Shown here: positions 7,322 through 17,461 of the stretch, piece after piece
Layout: every line of letters begins with the position of its first letter
Position numbering within the stretch: the first letter of the stretch is position 1
Origin: an uncultured Oscillospiraceae bacterium
Lineage (GTDB): Bacteria > Bacillota > Clostridia > Oscillospirales > Oscillospiraceae
Assembly: GCA_944386055.1 (NCBI GenBank)
Contig: CALWZP010000008.1
Span: forward strand, 28,671 to 92,670
Length of the DNA stretch: 64,000 bases
Reading direction: 5' to 3'
Made by a program: the position numbers and the translations under genes
Notes under the pieces: generated by a model
The model's input: only the letters and a program-made list of their open reading frames with translations
What the model was told of the DNA's origin: nothing
Database searches by the model: none

Positions 7322-8548
7322 TCACACCACCTGGAACAGGTAGAACTTCAGATAGCTGGTCTCCGGCACCCCCCACAGGATGGGGTGGTCGGGGGACTGC
7401 TGCCGCGCCTCGATCTGCCGCAGGGAGACGGCGGCGTCCGCCGCGGCGTCGTGGAGCATCCGCCGGAACAGCGGCTCGGTCATGAAGTGAGAGCAGGAGC
7501 AGGTGGCCAGATACCCGCCCCGGGGCAGCAGCCTCATGGCCTTCAGGTTGATCTCCTTGTACCCCCGGAAGGCGTTTTTCACCGTGGTGCTGCTCTTGGT
7601 GAAGGCAGGGGGGTCCAGGATGATGAAGTCATAGTCCCGCCGCCTCTCCGCCGCCATGCGGGTGAGCAGCTGGAAGACATCGGCCGTCACGAAGTCCATC
7701 CTCTCCTCCAGGCCGTTGCGGGCGCAGTTGGCCCGGGCCAGGGCGATGGCGTCGGCGGAGATGTCCACCGCGGTGACATGCGCCGCCCCGCCCTTCACCG
7801 CGTTGAGGGCGAAGGACCCGGTGTGGGTGAAGCAGTCCAGCACCCGCCGCCCCTTTGCCAGCCGGGCCGCCGCCTGGCGGTTGTACTTCTGATCCAGGAA
7901 AAAGCCGGTCTTCTGTCCGTCGATGTAGTCCACATCATAGACCACCCCGTTCTCGGTGATGGTCACATGGCCGTCCAGGCCGGTCTCCAGGCCGGGGGCG
8001 GCGAAGAAGCCCTTCCCCTGTTCCAGCCCCTCCTTTTCCCGGATGGCCACATCGTTGCGCTCATAGACGGCCCGCACCGGGGCGCCCATCTCCCCCAGCA
8101 GCCGGACCAGCAGGGGGAAGAGCAGCGCCTTCCGCCGCTCCAGCCCCAGGCACAGGGTCTGGGTCACCAGGATGTCCCCAAAGCGGTCCACCGTCAGGCC
8201 GGGGAGCTGGTCCGCCTCCCCGAACACCAGGCGGCAGTTGGAGAAGAAGTCCGCCCCCATCACCGCCCGGCGGTACTCCAGGGCGTAGCGCAGCCGCCGG
8301 GTCCAGAAGTTCTCGTCAAAGCGGTCGTTGGGGTTGCGGGAGAGCAGCCGCACCCGGATCTTGGAGACCTCGTTGTAAAATCCCGCCCCCAGCCAGCGCC
8401 CCTTCCGGGAGCGCACATCCACGATGCCGCCGTTTTCCGGCGCGCCCTCCAGGGCGGTGACCTCCTCCCCGAACACCCAGGGGTGGCCGCCCCGCAGGGC
8501 GCGCTCCGCCTTCTCGGTGACGGTGACCGCGGGAAAGCCTCGTTCCAT
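7322..8548 (-). CDS. rlmI: Class I SAM-dependent rRNA (cytosine-C5) methyltransferase, RlmI/YwbD-like, with an N-terminal PUA-like domain
   Basis: The protein contains HPWVF..E, QKTGFFLDQ, VLDCF.HTG.F and IILDPPAF. The start was trimmed to the ATG at 8548, 7 nt after GGAGGTG. Confidence 0.8.
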   Translation of the reverse strand: MERGFPAVTVTEKAERALRGGHPWVFGEEVTALEGAPENGGIVDVRSRKGRWLGAGFYNEVSKIRVRLLSRNPNDRFDENFWTRRLRYALEYRRAVMGADFFSNCRLVFGEADQLPGLTVDRFGDILVTQTLCLGLERRKALLFPLLVRLLGEMGAPVRAVYERNDVAIREKEGLEQGKGFFAAPGLETGLDGHVTITENGVVYDVDYIDGQKTGFFLDQKYNRQAAARLAKGRRVLDCFTHTGSFALNAVKGGAAHVTAVDISADAIALARANCARNGLEERMDFVTADVFQLLTRMAAERRRDYDFIILDPPAFTKSSTTVKNAFRGYKEINLKAMRLLPRGGYLATCSCSHFMTEPLFRRMLHDAAADAAVSLRQIEARQQSPDHPILWGVPETSYLKFYLFQVV

Positions 8549-8674
8549 GGCCGTAACACCTCCGTCCGGCATCTGTACGGCAGATGCCGGTGTGCTGCGC
8601 GCACAGCCCCGCCGGGCGGGGCTGCCGCAGGAGGTATTGTATCACATTCCCCGCGGGATGAAAAGAGGACGGCC

Positions 8675-9262
8675 TTATCCCTCCGGCGGACCCAGCAGGA
8701 TGGGTTGGAGCTGCCGGCCCTCCAGGGCGGCCTCCACCGCCTCGGGGACGCGCTCCATCACCGCCACCAGGGAGGTGGGCTTGTGCTCCGGGTCGTCCTG
8801 CTGGAAGGGGACGAAGTAGAAGTTCTTCCGGGCCAGCAGCACCCCGATGTTCTGGGCGGCCCCAGCCAGCCCGTCGTTGGTGGACACCGCCGCCACCACC
8901 GGCCGGCCGTTGCGTAGGTGGGCCTTGGCTGCCATGGTCACCGAGGTGTCCGCGATCCCCGCCGCCAGCTTGGCCAGGGTGTTCCCCGTGCAGGGGCAGA
9001 TGACCAGCACATCCAGCAGCTTCTTGGGCCCGATGGGCTCCGCCTCCTTGACGGTGGTGATGGGCCGGCGGTCGCAGATGCGCTGCATCTCCCGCATGAA
9101 GTCGTGGGCGTTGCCGAACCGGGTGTCGGTGGCGGCCACCGTCTCGGACACGATGGGCTGCACCTGCCACCGGGCGGCGGTCTGCTCCAGGGCGGCGATG
9201 GCCCGGGCCATGGTGCAGAAGGAACCGGTGAAAGCGAATCCCACCCGAATTTCCCCGCTCAT
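8675..9262 (-). CDS. dpaB: Dipicolinate synthase subunit B (SpoVFB, flavoprotein-like)
   Basis: The protein contains VGFAFTGSFCT, ICPCTGNTLAKLA.GI.D and NDGLG.N, and is paired with dpaA upstream. Confidence 0.9.
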   Translation of the reverse strand: MSGEIRVGFAFTGSFCTMARAIAALEQTAARWQVQPIVSETVAATDTRFGNAHDFMREMQRICDRRPITTVKEAEPIGPKKLLDVLVICPCTGNTLAKLAAGIADTSVTMAAKAHLRNGRPVVAAVSTNDGLAGAAQNIGVLLARKNFYFVPFQQDDPEHKPTSLVAVMERVPEAVEAALEGRQLQPILLGPPEG

Positions 9263-10140
9263 TCCCCCACCTCCAGTTCATGCAGAATGTGATAGATGGT
9301 GTCCCGGATGCACTGCCCCGCGGTGACGGGGGCCACTTTGCCCGGGAGGGACAGGGCCCAGATGACCTTGACTCCCAACTGGGCGGCGGCCTCCAGGTCG
9401 ACTCCCCCGGGTTTGGAAGCCAGGTCGATGACCAGCGCCCCCTCCTTCAGATCGGCCAGCTCTGCCCGGCCCAGCACCCGGGCGGGGGCGGTGTTGACGA
9501 TCAGGTCGTAGCCGCACAGCCAGCCGCTGAGCTGTTCGGTGTGCTCTCCGCCCCAGCCGAAGGCCTCCGCCCAGGCCAGGTGGTCGAACCGGCGGGAGGC
9601 CACGCTCACCCGGGCCCCCAGGGCGCTGAGCCGCTGGGCCAGCAGCCGTCCCAGCCGCCCATACCCGATGACCAGCGCCCGGGCGCCGTGGAGGGTGATG
9701 GGCATCTCCTCCATGGCGATCTGCAGCGCTCCCTCCGCGGTGGGCACCGCGTTGGCTACCGCCAGCTCCTCCCGGGCAAAATAGTCGTGGAGGGTGATGC
9801 CCCGCTCCGCCGCCGCCTGGGCGGCGGCAGGAGTGACCATGCCGGCGCAGATGATCTGCCGGGGGTCCAGCCGGTCCAGCACATTCTGAAAAGGCAGCGG
9901 GTCAGGGTCCAGAGGGGTGGACAGCTTCCCCTCCGCATCCAGGACGGGGAGGGGGAGGACGACACAGTCCGCCTGTTCCACCCCCCGCAGGCAGGGCTGT
10001 GAGGTCAGGCCGGGGAGAGGCTCCCCCTGACCGCCCAGGGCGAAGGTATGTACCCGGTGCCCGTCCCGGGCCAGCGACTCAGCCAGCCGCACCTGGCGCA
10101 GGTCCCCTCCGATCACCCAGAAATCCAGTTCATAGTTCAT
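9259..10140 (-). CDS. dpaA: Dipicolinate synthase subunit A (SpoVFA)
   Basis: The ORF was trimmed to MNYELDFWVIGGDLRQ... (ATG 10140 after GGAAGGAG). It has a Rossmann motif (LVIGYGRLGR), and its stop overlaps the dpaB start. Confidence 0.9.
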   Translation of the reverse strand: MNYELDFWVIGGDLRQVRLAESLARDGHRVHTFALGGQGEPLPGLTSQPCLRGVEQADCVVLPLPVLDAEGKLSTPLDPDPLPFQNVLDRLDPRQIICAGMVTPAAAQAAAERGITLHDYFAREELAVANAVPTAEGALQIAMEEMPITLHGARALVIGYGRLGRLLAQRLSALGARVSVASRRFDHLAWAEAFGWGGEHTEQLSGWLCGYDLIVNTAPARVLGRAELADLKEGALVIDLASKPGGVDLEAAAQLGVKVIWALSLPGKVAPVTAGQCIRDTIYHILHELEVGE

Positions 10141-10365
10141 TCTCGATTTCTCCTTCCAATGAGACATGCCGTGGGCCGGCATTTGATGATCGTTCTACAG
10201 TCCAGTGTATGCCGTCCCCTCCAGCCGGTTCCCCAGAGGAAAGAGACCGGTTTTATTTGCTTTTTTGAAATGCATGGTATATAATGGGCAAAACCACCCG
10301 GGATACCGAGAAAATGGGGCGTTCCCGCGTCCCGCCGGCCCCGGCACAAAAGGGGAGCGAGCCGG

Positions 10366-11808
10366 ATGAAACAGCGCACCAACTACACCATGCTGTGCGA
10401 TTTCTACGAGCTGACCATGGGCAACGGATATTTCCAGACAGGGCTGAAGGATCGGATCTGTTATTTCGATGTATTTTTCCGCAAGGTGCCGGACGGCGGC
10501 GGCTTTGCCATCGCCGCGGGGCTGGAGCAGATCATCGAGTACATTCGGGATCTGCACTTTGACGAGGAGGACCTGGCCTATCTCCGGGGCAAAGGAGTGT
10601 TTGACGAGGGCTTTTTGGAGTACCTGCGTACCTTCCGCTTCACCGGGGATATCTGGGCGGTGCCGGAGGGGACCCCCATCTTCCCCGGGGAGCCCATCCT
10701 GACGGTGCGCGCCCCCGCCATCCAGGCCCAGTTTATCGAGACCTTTGTGTTGCTGACCCTCAACCACCAGTCCCTGCTGGCAACCAAGGCCAACCGCATC
10801 GTCCGGGCGGCTAAGGGCCGGCCAGTGTCCGAGTTCGGTTCCCGCCGGGCTCAGGGGGTGGACGGGGCGCTGCTGGGGGCCCGGGCGGCCTATATCGCGG
10901 GCTGTGCCGCCACCGCCTGCACCATGGCGGACCAGTGGTATAGCTCTCCCGCCACGGGGACCATGGCCCACTCCTGGGTGCAGATGTTCCCCGACGAGTA
11001 CACCGCCTTCAAGACCTACTGCCAGCTCTACCCCCATGCCGCCACCCTGCTGGTGGACACCTACAATGTCCTCAAGTCGGGGGTGCCCAACGCCATCCGC
11101 GCCTTTCAGGAGGTGCTGCTCCCCCAGGGGATCACCAGCTGCGGCATCCGGCTGGACTCGGGGGACCTGGCCTATCTCTCCCGCAAGGCCCGGGAGATGC
11201 TGGATAAGGCGGGGTTGACCCAATGTAAAATCGTGGTGTCCAACAGCCTGGATGAATATATCATTCGGGACCTGCTGGACCAGGGAGCGGCCATCGACGC
11301 GTTCGGCGTGGGCGAGCGGCTGATCACCGCCAAGAGCGACCCGGTGTTCGGCGGGGTGTACAAGCTGGCCGCCATCGAGGAGGAGGATGGCACCATCACC
11401 CCCAAGATCAAGGTCAGCGAGAACCCGTCCAAGATCACCACCCCGCATTTTAAGAAGGTCTACCGCCTGTTCGCGAAGGACACCGGAAAGGCAGAAGCGG
11501 ACTATATCTGTGTCCACGACGAGACGGTAGATCCGGCCCAGCCCCTGGAGTTGTTTGACCCTGACGCCACCTGGAAGCGGAAGACCCTTTCCAATTTCCG
11601 GGCGGTAGAGCTGCTGGTGCCGGTGTTCCGCGGCGGTGAGCTGGTCTACTCCCTGCCCAGCATCGAGGACAGCCGGGACTACTGCGCCCGGCAGGTGGAC
11701 CTGCTGTGGGATGAGGTGAAGCGGTTTGAGTTCCCCCATAACTATTATGTGGATCTGTCCTCCCGGCTGTGGCAGATCAAACAGGACCTGCTGAAGCAGA
11801 ACGGCTGA
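10366..11808 (+). CDS. pncB: Nicotinate phosphoribosyltransferase
   Basis: The N-terminus is typical of PncB: TMLCDFYELTMGNGYF....D..YFDVFFRK.P..GGF.I.AGLEQ. The 480-aa length also fits. Confidence 0.9.
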   Translation: MKQRTNYTMLCDFYELTMGNGYFQTGLKDRICYFDVFFRKVPDGGGFAIAAGLEQIIEYIRDLHFDEEDLAYLRGKGVFDEGFLEYLRTFRFTGDIWAVPEGTPIFPGEPILTVRAPAIQAQFIETFVLLTLNHQSLLATKANRIVRAAKGRPVSEFGSRRAQGVDGALLGARAAYIAGCAATACTMADQWYSSPATGTMAHSWVQMFPDEYTAFKTYCQLYPHAATLLVDTYNVLKSGVPNAIRAFQEVLLPQGITSCGIRLDSGDLAYLSRKAREMLDKAGLTQCKIVVSNSLDEYIIRDLLDQGAAIDAFGVGERLITAKSDPVFGGVYKLAAIEEEDGTITPKIKVSENPSKITTPHFKKVYRLFAKDTGKAEADYICVHDETVDPAQPLELFDPDATWKRKTLSNFRAVELLVPVFRGGELVYSLPSIEDSRDYCARQVDLLWDEVKRFEFPHNYYVDLSSRLWQIKQDLLKQNG

Positions 11809-11841
11809 GAACCGCCGGGGCCGCCCTTTTGAAAACGGGTG

Positions 11842-11870
11842 TTGACAAGAGGGCGGCCCCATGCTATAAT
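11842..11870 (+). promoter_or_regulatory. Consensus sigma-70 promoter for the tRNA pair (-35 TTGACA 11842-47, 17-nt spacer, -10 TATAAT 11865-70)
   Basis: Exact consensus hexamers with the optimal spacer, about 40 nt upstream of tRNA-Leu. Confidence 0.7.
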
Positions 11871-11910
11871 ACATAGGCACTCAAAAGAGGAGACCGGTCC
11901 GCAACCTCCT

Positions 11911-11997
11911 GCCGGAGTGGCGGAATTGGCAGACGCCCGGGACTTAAAATCCCGTGGGAGCGATCCCGTGCCGGTTCGATCCCGGTCTCCGGCACCA
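11911..11997 (+). tRNA. tRNA-Leu (anticodon TAA), type II with a long variable arm and encoded CCA
   Basis: Hand-folded: acceptor GCCGGAG/CTCCGGC, anticodon stem CGGGA/TCCCG, loop CTTAAAA, long variable arm, T-loop TTCGATC. Confidence 0.9.
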
Positions 11998-12002
11998 CAT
12001 AT

Positions 12003-12078
<76 letters not shown>

Positions 12079-12122
12079 GAAACCCGTCTGATTTCGCAGA
12101 AAATCAGACGGGTTTTCTTTTT
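12079..12122 (+). terminator. Rho-independent terminator after the tRNA pair
   Basis: Stem GAAACCCGTCTGATTT / AAATCAGACGGGTTTTC followed by TTTTT. Confidence 0.85.
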
Positions 12123-12316
12123 GCTGAATGATGAAGGATTCAGACCGGACCTGAGGAATTGCTGATTGCCCCAATACCTGAAATACTGGGTTATGGGCGA
12201 GGCAGCCCCCTCGCCCGTTTTAACAGTTTGAGGGAATTCAGAGAATCGCCGTCTAAAAGGGAACATCAGGTATATGATGCTGATGGGTGTATGAAAAATG
12301 GTACAAAGGAAAATGC

Positions 12317-12355
12317 AAAATCGCCATGCAGCCTCTGCGGTTGCATGGCGATTTT
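12317..12355. terminator. Bidirectional rho-independent terminator (serves the LysR gene on the minus strand)
   Basis: Perfect 14-bp stem AAAATCGCCATGCA / TGCATGGCGATTTT with T-runs available on both strands. Confidence 0.75.
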
Positions 12356-12381
12356 GATTTTCTAAAAAGGTCTGGAGGACA

Positions 12382-13272
12382 TTAGGAGTCCGGATAAAGT
12401 TCCTGAGCCATCCTTACGAATTCCAATACAGACGCTTTTGCGTTGTCCCGGTGCCAGCCCAACGCAAGTTCAATAAATGCGGTAGAACCTGCGATGGGAA
12501 TTACCCGAATTTCTTCCGGCCAGACGGCCAGATTCATGTGGGAGGGAAGGATGGTAAAACCGAGCCCCGCCTGGACTGCGGCAAAGATGGTGGCAGCCTG
12601 TGGATAGTAGATTTTCTGGTTGGACTCAAGACCATGCTGAGCCAGGATATCCAAGATCTTGGGAAACAAAAACGGCGCCGCGGAATTGCTTTCCATAATA
12701 AGCGGAAAACCCTTTAAACCGGACAGATCCTGGGGGTCTACCAATGAGGTGTATTTCTGATGGATATAAACGGCATAGCGATCCGGACGGATAGGAGTGG
12801 TGTCCAACATATCAAAGGAGCGCAGGAGCGGAGCGACAGAGAAGTAAAGATCACATGCATTCTGATTGATCATTCCCACCTGCCGCCCGCCGTTTCCGCT
12901 GTCCATACGAATATGGATGTTAGGATACTGCTGATGATAGATGGAGACATACTCGGTCATAACCGTTTCAGCGCCGCCAGTGGAGGAGATGTCCAGAAAT
13001 CCGATGGCCCCACGGCTGATGTCATTCATCCGGCTTTCTGCTTCCATCATCTGGTTTAAAATGTTGACAGCATAATTGTAAAACTCTGACCCGGCAAAAG
13101 TCAGGGTAACGCTATGCTTTGTCCGGTGAAACAGCTGGACGCCCAGTTCGGCCTCCAGCTTGGCGATTTGGTTGGTGAGAGCGGGTTGGGAGATAAAGTA
13201 TTGTTTGGCGACCCGGGAGAAATTCAACGCCTGGGTCAGCGAGACGAAGTAAGTCAACTGGTTCTTGTCCAA
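12382..13272 (-). CDS. LysR family transcriptional regulator, divergent from the Mo-hydroxylase operon
   Basis: The HTH reads QLTYFVSLTQALNFSRVAKQYFISQPALTNQIAKLEAELGVQLF. The ORF extends to 13299, but GGGAGGTG followed 5 nt later by a TTG at 13272 gives the canonical MDKNQL.YF N-terminus. Confidence 0.85.
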   Translation of the reverse strand: MDKNQLTYFVSLTQALNFSRVAKQYFISQPALTNQIAKLEAELGVQLFHRTKHSVTLTFAGSEFYNYAVNILNQMMEAESRMNDISRGAIGFLDISSTGGAETVMTEYVSIYHQQYPNIHIRMDSGNGGRQVGMINQNACDLYFSVAPLLRSFDMLDTTPIRPDRYAVYIHQKYTSLVDPQDLSGLKGFPLIMESNSAAPFLFPKILDILAQHGLESNQKIYYPQAATIFAAVQAGLGFTILPSHMNLAVWPEEIRVIPIAGSTAFIELALGWHRDNAKASVLEFVRMAQELYPDS

Positions 13273-13678
13273 GAGGGCACCTCCCTTGCCCAGAGGCATA
13301 GTACGACAGTATACAAAGATAGGATTCGCCGAAACATCAACAATAGCAAGATTTATTTTGTCACAGCCGCCTCTCCGCCGATGGTGTCAACGGGAGCCGG
13401 TGCAGCCTGCAATACTGGCACCGGACATTTGTCCTGAAAGTACCTGCGGAACACCATGTAATGGTTCCGCTTTGCAGAGCTATTATTAATATTATACCAT
13501 GTTTGAGAAAGAAAAGACAACCCTGCTTGTGAAAAGAGCGATAGAAAAGCCTGCTATTTTTGATTTGTTTTGGTTATAAGGACTAAGAATTTTTGAAATT
13601 CCAATTCCCAATGTACTGTGGTATCGTTATTTATGTAACAAAGACTGCAGATCACAATTTTGACAGAAGGTGGAATTT

Positions 13679-16276
13679 ATGCCGACTTTTACGCTGAATG
13701 GAGCGGTCTGCTCTACGACAAAAAGCAAAAAGCTTTTGAAATTTCTGCGGGATGACCTGCATCTGACCAGCGTGAAGAACGCCTGCGGTGAGGGAGCGTG
13801 CGGCAGCTGCACTGTGCTGATGGATGGAAAGCCAGTGCGTAGCTGCATTCAGACCACGGACCGGGTGGATGGGCACAGTATCATCACCTGCGAGGGGTTG
13901 TCCCAGCGGGAGAAGGAGGTCTATTCCTATGCTTTTGCCGAGGCAGGAGCCGTGCAGTGCGGCTTCTGTATTCCAGGGATGGTGCTGGCGGCGAAAGCGC
14001 TTTTGGACAGAAAGCCGGATCCCTCGATTCAGGAGATCAAACAGGCCATACGGGGGAATATCTGCAGATGTACCGGGTATGTGAAAATTGAACAGGCGAT
14101 CCTGCTGGCGGCCAGACTTTTCCGCAGTGGCGAGCAGGTTCCGCACAGAGAATTTCTGGGGGGCCTGGGAGAGCGGATGCATCGGGTGGATGCCAGAGAC
14201 AAGGTGCTGGGGACGGCCAAGTTTGCGGACGACCTCTATCTGGACGGGATGCTGTTTGGAAGCGCTCTGCGCAGCAAATACCCCAGGGCGCGAGTGCTGT
14301 CCATCGACACATCGGAGGCCCGGTCCATGCCGGGGATTGCCGGCGTGCTGACCGCGGAGGATATCCCAGGAGCGCGCAAGATTGGATATATTGTCCCTGA
14401 CTGGGATGTGCTGGTCCCAGTGGGGGAGACGACGCATTTTCTGGGAGACGCCATCGCTCTTGTGGTGGGAGAGAACGAGGAGGTGGTAGAGCAGGCCAAG
14501 CAGAAAATCCGGGTGGAGTATGAGGAACTGCCGGCGATCTTCTCCTTTCAGGAGTCCATGCGGGGGGATATTCAAGTTCATGAGGACCGTCCCAACCTGA
14601 TGTGTGAACGGCACATCCTCCGGGGTGACGCGGATAAGGCCATCCGGGAGAGCAAGTATGTGGTGACCACCAAGTACAAGACCCCCTATAACGAACATGC
14701 CTTTATGGAGCCGGAGTGCGCTGTGGCAGAGCCGGAGGGAGAGGAGGGCGTACACCTCTACTGTGGGGACCAGGGAATCTATGAGTCCCGCAAGAAATGC
14801 TCCGCCATGCTGGGTATTCCAGAGGAGAAATTTCATGTTACTGCTATGATGGTTGGCGGTGCATTTGGAGCAAAAAATGACATGGTGGTGCAGCACCATG
14901 CTGCACTGGCGGCCTGGTGTCTTAAGCGCCCGGTAAAGGTCCGCCTGACCCGGCAGGAAAGTCTGGAGATTCACCCAAAGCGTCCGCCCTTGGAGATGGA
15001 ATTTACCACTGCTTGCGACGAAAACGGCTATCTTACCGCGACCAAGGCTGTGGTGCTCCGGGATAACGGGGCATATGCCTCCGCCGGCATCCCGGTGCTG
15101 GAGAGGGCGTGTGTACTTGGAACCGGACCTTATCACTATGACAATGTGGATATCCTGGGTCAGGCTTGGTATTCCAACAATGTGCCCGGTGGAGCATTCC
15201 GCGGCTTCAGCGTACCGCAGACCGCCTTTTGCACGGAGTGCAATCTGAACAAGCTGGCCAAGCTGGTGGGCATCTCCCCCTTTGAGATCCGATACCGCAA
15301 CGCCATCCGCCCGGGACAGGCCATGCCAAATGGGCAGATCATGGGTGAGGACTGCGCGTTGGTGGAAACTCTGGATGCCGTGCGCGCCGATTACGAGGCG
15401 CATCCCGATGCGGGGATCGCCTGTGGCTTCAAAAATAGCGGGACTGGCACTGGGCTGACCGACACCGGGCGTTGTCGATTGGTAGTGAAGGATGGCTTGA
15501 TCCATATATACAGCGGAGCTGCTTGCCTGGGTCAGGGCATGGGGACTGTGGAGACGCAGATGGTGTGCGAAGTGACCGGTGTCAGGCCGGAGCAGACCCT
15601 GTTCTGCACTCCGGACACCGACACCTCGCCGGATTCGGGGATGGCCATTGCCTCTCGCCATACCGTGATCACGGGAGAGGCAGTCTGTCTTGCCAGCAGA
15701 AAACTGAAACAGGCCATGGAGACAGTAAATGGAGACCTGGGTGCCCTGGAGGGGCAGGAGTTTCTGGGGGAATTCAGTCCTCCCACTGACCCCATGGATT
15801 CTACAAAGAAGAATCCGGTCTCCCATGTGACCTACTCCTTTGCAACCATGATGGTGCTGCTGGATGAGCACAACATGGTAGAGCGGGTGATTACCGCAAC
15901 AGATGTGGGGCGCCCAGTGAACCCAACCAATATTGAGGGACAGCTGGAGGGCGGCGTGACCATGGCCCTGGGCTTTGCATTGATGGAAAAGTTTGAGGTA
16001 GACCATGGAAAGGTACTCACCCGCTACGGAACACTGGGGCTGCCCCGGGCCGACCAGATTCCGGAAATCGAGGTGCGAATTGTGAACCGGGGAGCAGATG
16101 GCCCGGCAATGGGCGCCAAGGGATGCGGGGAGATATCCACCATCCCGGTCGCACCGGCGCTGCAGTTGGCCTATTATAACCGCACCGGCGTATTCCAGAC
16201 GGAACTGCCCCTGAAGACCCCATATTGGAGGCACAGAGGGGGCAGTACAGCAAAACCACAGGCCAAGAAAGAATAA
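13679..16276 (+). CDS. Fused [2Fe-2S] + molybdopterin-binding hydroxylase of the xanthine dehydrogenase/aldehyde oxidase family (XdhD-like; candidate selenium-dependent molybdenum hydroxylase)
   Basis: The N-terminus carries CGEGACGSCTV, QCGFCIPGM and NICRCTGY (two 2Fe-2S clusters). This is followed by Mo-hydroxylase a/b-hammerhead and MoCo-binding domains (GGAFG.K, GQG..T). The ATG at 13679 follows GAAGGTGG. Context is yqeB/yqeC/selD. Confidence 0.85.
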   Translation: MPTFTLNGAVCSTTKSKKLLKFLRDDLHLTSVKNACGEGACGSCTVLMDGKPVRSCIQTTDRVDGHSIITCEGLSQREKEVYSYAFAEAGAVQCGFCIPGMVLAAKALLDRKPDPSIQEIKQAIRGNICRCTGYVKIEQAILLAARLFRSGEQVPHREFLGGLGERMHRVDARDKVLGTAKFADDLYLDGMLFGSALRSKYPRARVLSIDTSEARSMPGIAGVLTAEDIPGARKIGYIVPDWDVLVPVGETTHFLGDAIALVVGENEEVVEQAKQKIRVEYEELPAIFSFQESMRGDIQVHEDRPNLMCERHILRGDADKAIRESKYVVTTKYKTPYNEHAFMEPECAVAEPEGEEGVHLYCGDQGIYESRKKCSAMLGIPEEKFHVTAMMVGGAFGAKNDMVVQHHAALAAWCLKRPVKVRLTRQESLEIHPKRPPLEMEFTTACDENGYLTATKAVVLRDNGAYASAGIPVLERACVLGTGPYHYDNVDILGQAWYSNNVPGGAFRGFSVPQTAFCTECNLNKLAKLVGISPFEIRYRNAIRPGQAMPNGQIMGEDCALVETLDAVRADYEAHPDAGIACGFKNSGTGTGLTDTGRCRLVVKDGLIHIYSGAACLGQGMGTVETQMVCEVTGVRPEQTLFCTPDTDTSPDSGMAIASRHTVITGEAVCLASRKLKQAMETVNGDLGALEGQEFLGEFSPPTDPMDSTKKNPVSHVTYSFATMMVLLDEHNMVERVITATDVGRPVNPTNIEGQLEGGVTMALGFALMEKFEVDHGKVLTRYGTLGLPRADQIPEIEVRIVNRGADGPAMGAKGCGEISTIPVAPALQLAYYNRTGVFQTELPLKTPYWRHRGGSTAKPQAKKE

Positions 16277-16319
16277 TAGAAAGTGCACAGAACAAACAAA
16301 ACTTAAGGAGGAAAGAACG

Positions 16320-17384
16320 ATGAAAAAGCTGATGACTGCACTGCTGACCATGGCCATGTTAACGGCGCTTGTACTGACCGGATGTGGCGGAGAGGAGCAA
16401 GCCGGCGGGGACACTCCGGAGGATACCGTCTATACCCTCCGGATTGGCACAGGAACTGGCGGACGAGACAAACAGGTCGCATGGATGGAAGAGTTTGAGA
16501 CTCAGCTGGAGGCAGCCACGGAGGGGCGCATTGATGTGCAGTGCTATCCGTCCGGCTCCATCGGCACCATGGCCGAGATGGTCCAGGGTGTTGTGGACGG
16601 CTCTCTGGATGCGGGCTGCTTCCCCACCGCGTACTGGTCCACCATTTTCCCCGCTGCGGCCTGTACAGAACTGCCCAACCTGTTTCCGGGCGGCAGTGAA
16701 CAGCTGTGGAACATCCTGATGACTCAGGACACCAAACTGGAGGAGGAGTACATCGCTCATGGAGTGATTCCGGGGACTTGGTTGATGGTCCCTGAGCGTA
16801 CCATCATCTCCAGCACCAAAATCGAGAGCATGGAGGATCTCCAGGGCAAGGTGATCTGGTGCACACCCAGTGACATGCTGCTCAAGGAGATTGAAATGCT
16901 GGGGGCTGTGTCCTCTGCCATTAATGTGGGAGAACTGGCTCCTTCTCTGCAGAACGGGACAGTGGACGGCGCAGCCTCAGAAATCACGCTCTATTATTCC
17001 CAGTCGCTGCAGACTGCAGGCGGCAACTATCTGCTGGAGGCTCCTGGTGATGCTTTTATCTCGATCTTTGCCATCAGTCAGCATTGGTGGGACCAAGTTC
17101 CAGAGGACCTGAGAGAGATTGTGCTGGAGGTTGCCAACGACACAGCCACAAACTTTGAGGTGGAGTATGTCCAGAACCAGACAGCGGAGGCCTATGAGGA
17201 GATGCAGGCTGCCGGCATGGAGGTGGTAATTCCCAGCGAGGAGTTCCAGGCAGACATGGATGCCGCTCTGGCGGGGCTTGCTGATTGGTACTTGGAAACC
17301 TACCCGGAAGCTACCGAGGTCTACAACGATATGGTGGACCGCGTTGCGGCAGATGAAGCCGACAACACGCAGGGTGAGAACTGA
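16320..17384 (+). CDS. TRAP transporter substrate-binding subunit (DctP family), lipoprotein
   Basis: It has a lipobox (LVLTGC) and sits directly upstream of the DctQ/DctM-type genes. Size and layout fit the DctP family. Confidence 0.8.
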   Translation: MKKLMTALLTMAMLTALVLTGCGGEEQAGGDTPEDTVYTLRIGTGTGGRDKQVAWMEEFETQLEAATEGRIDVQCYPSGSIGTMAEMVQGVVDGSLDAGCFPTAYWSTIFPAAACTELPNLFPGGSEQLWNILMTQDTKLEEEYIAHGVIPGTWLMVPERTIISSTKIESMEDLQGKVIWCTPSDMLLKEIEMLGAVSSAINVGELAPSLQNGTVDGAASEITLYYSQSLQTAGGNYLLEAPGDAFISIFAISQHWWDQVPEDLREIVLEVANDTATNFEVEYVQNQTAEAYEEMQAAGMEVVIPSEEFQADMDAALAGLADWYLETYPEATEVYNDMVDRVAADEADNTQGEN

Positions 17385-17461
17385 GAGGAGGTTCTCGCCT
17401 GAATATTGGCCGAAGGGGGCGGAGCGCCCGCCTCTTCGGAAGCTGAAGGGAAGGAGTGCCT

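Noticed and set aside
8565-8622. Two perfect GC hairpins (CCGGCATCTG/CAGATGCCGG and CAGCCCCG/CGGGGCTG) between dpaB and the rlmI-like gene.
   Set aside because: No U-tract follows on the minus (coding) strand, so I did not call a terminator. They may act as RNA stabilisers or as a weak attenuator in the rlmI leader, but the evidence is insufficient.
12079-12381. I searched for an integrase, a transposase or a duplicated tRNA 3'-end (att) at the borders of the low-GC Se/Mo island (12.1 kb and 26.65-26.75 kb). This included the 68-aa ORF at 12159..12365.
   Set aside because: No recombinase-like ORF is present, and I found no copy of the tRNA-fMet 3' segment (GGTTCAAATCCTGTCCCCGCA) at the distal border by eye. 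The 68-aa ORF has no SD and odd composition. The island status therefore rests on composition only.
13273-13678. A possible Moco or other riboswitch in the 400-nt LysR/hydroxylase intergenic region, which contains two small hairpins near 13398-13425 and 13446-13470.
   Set aside because: I could not recognise the conserved Moco-riboswitch core. The hairpins are short, lie closer to the LysR side and lack a convincing expression platform. A covariance-model scan (Rfam) would be needed.
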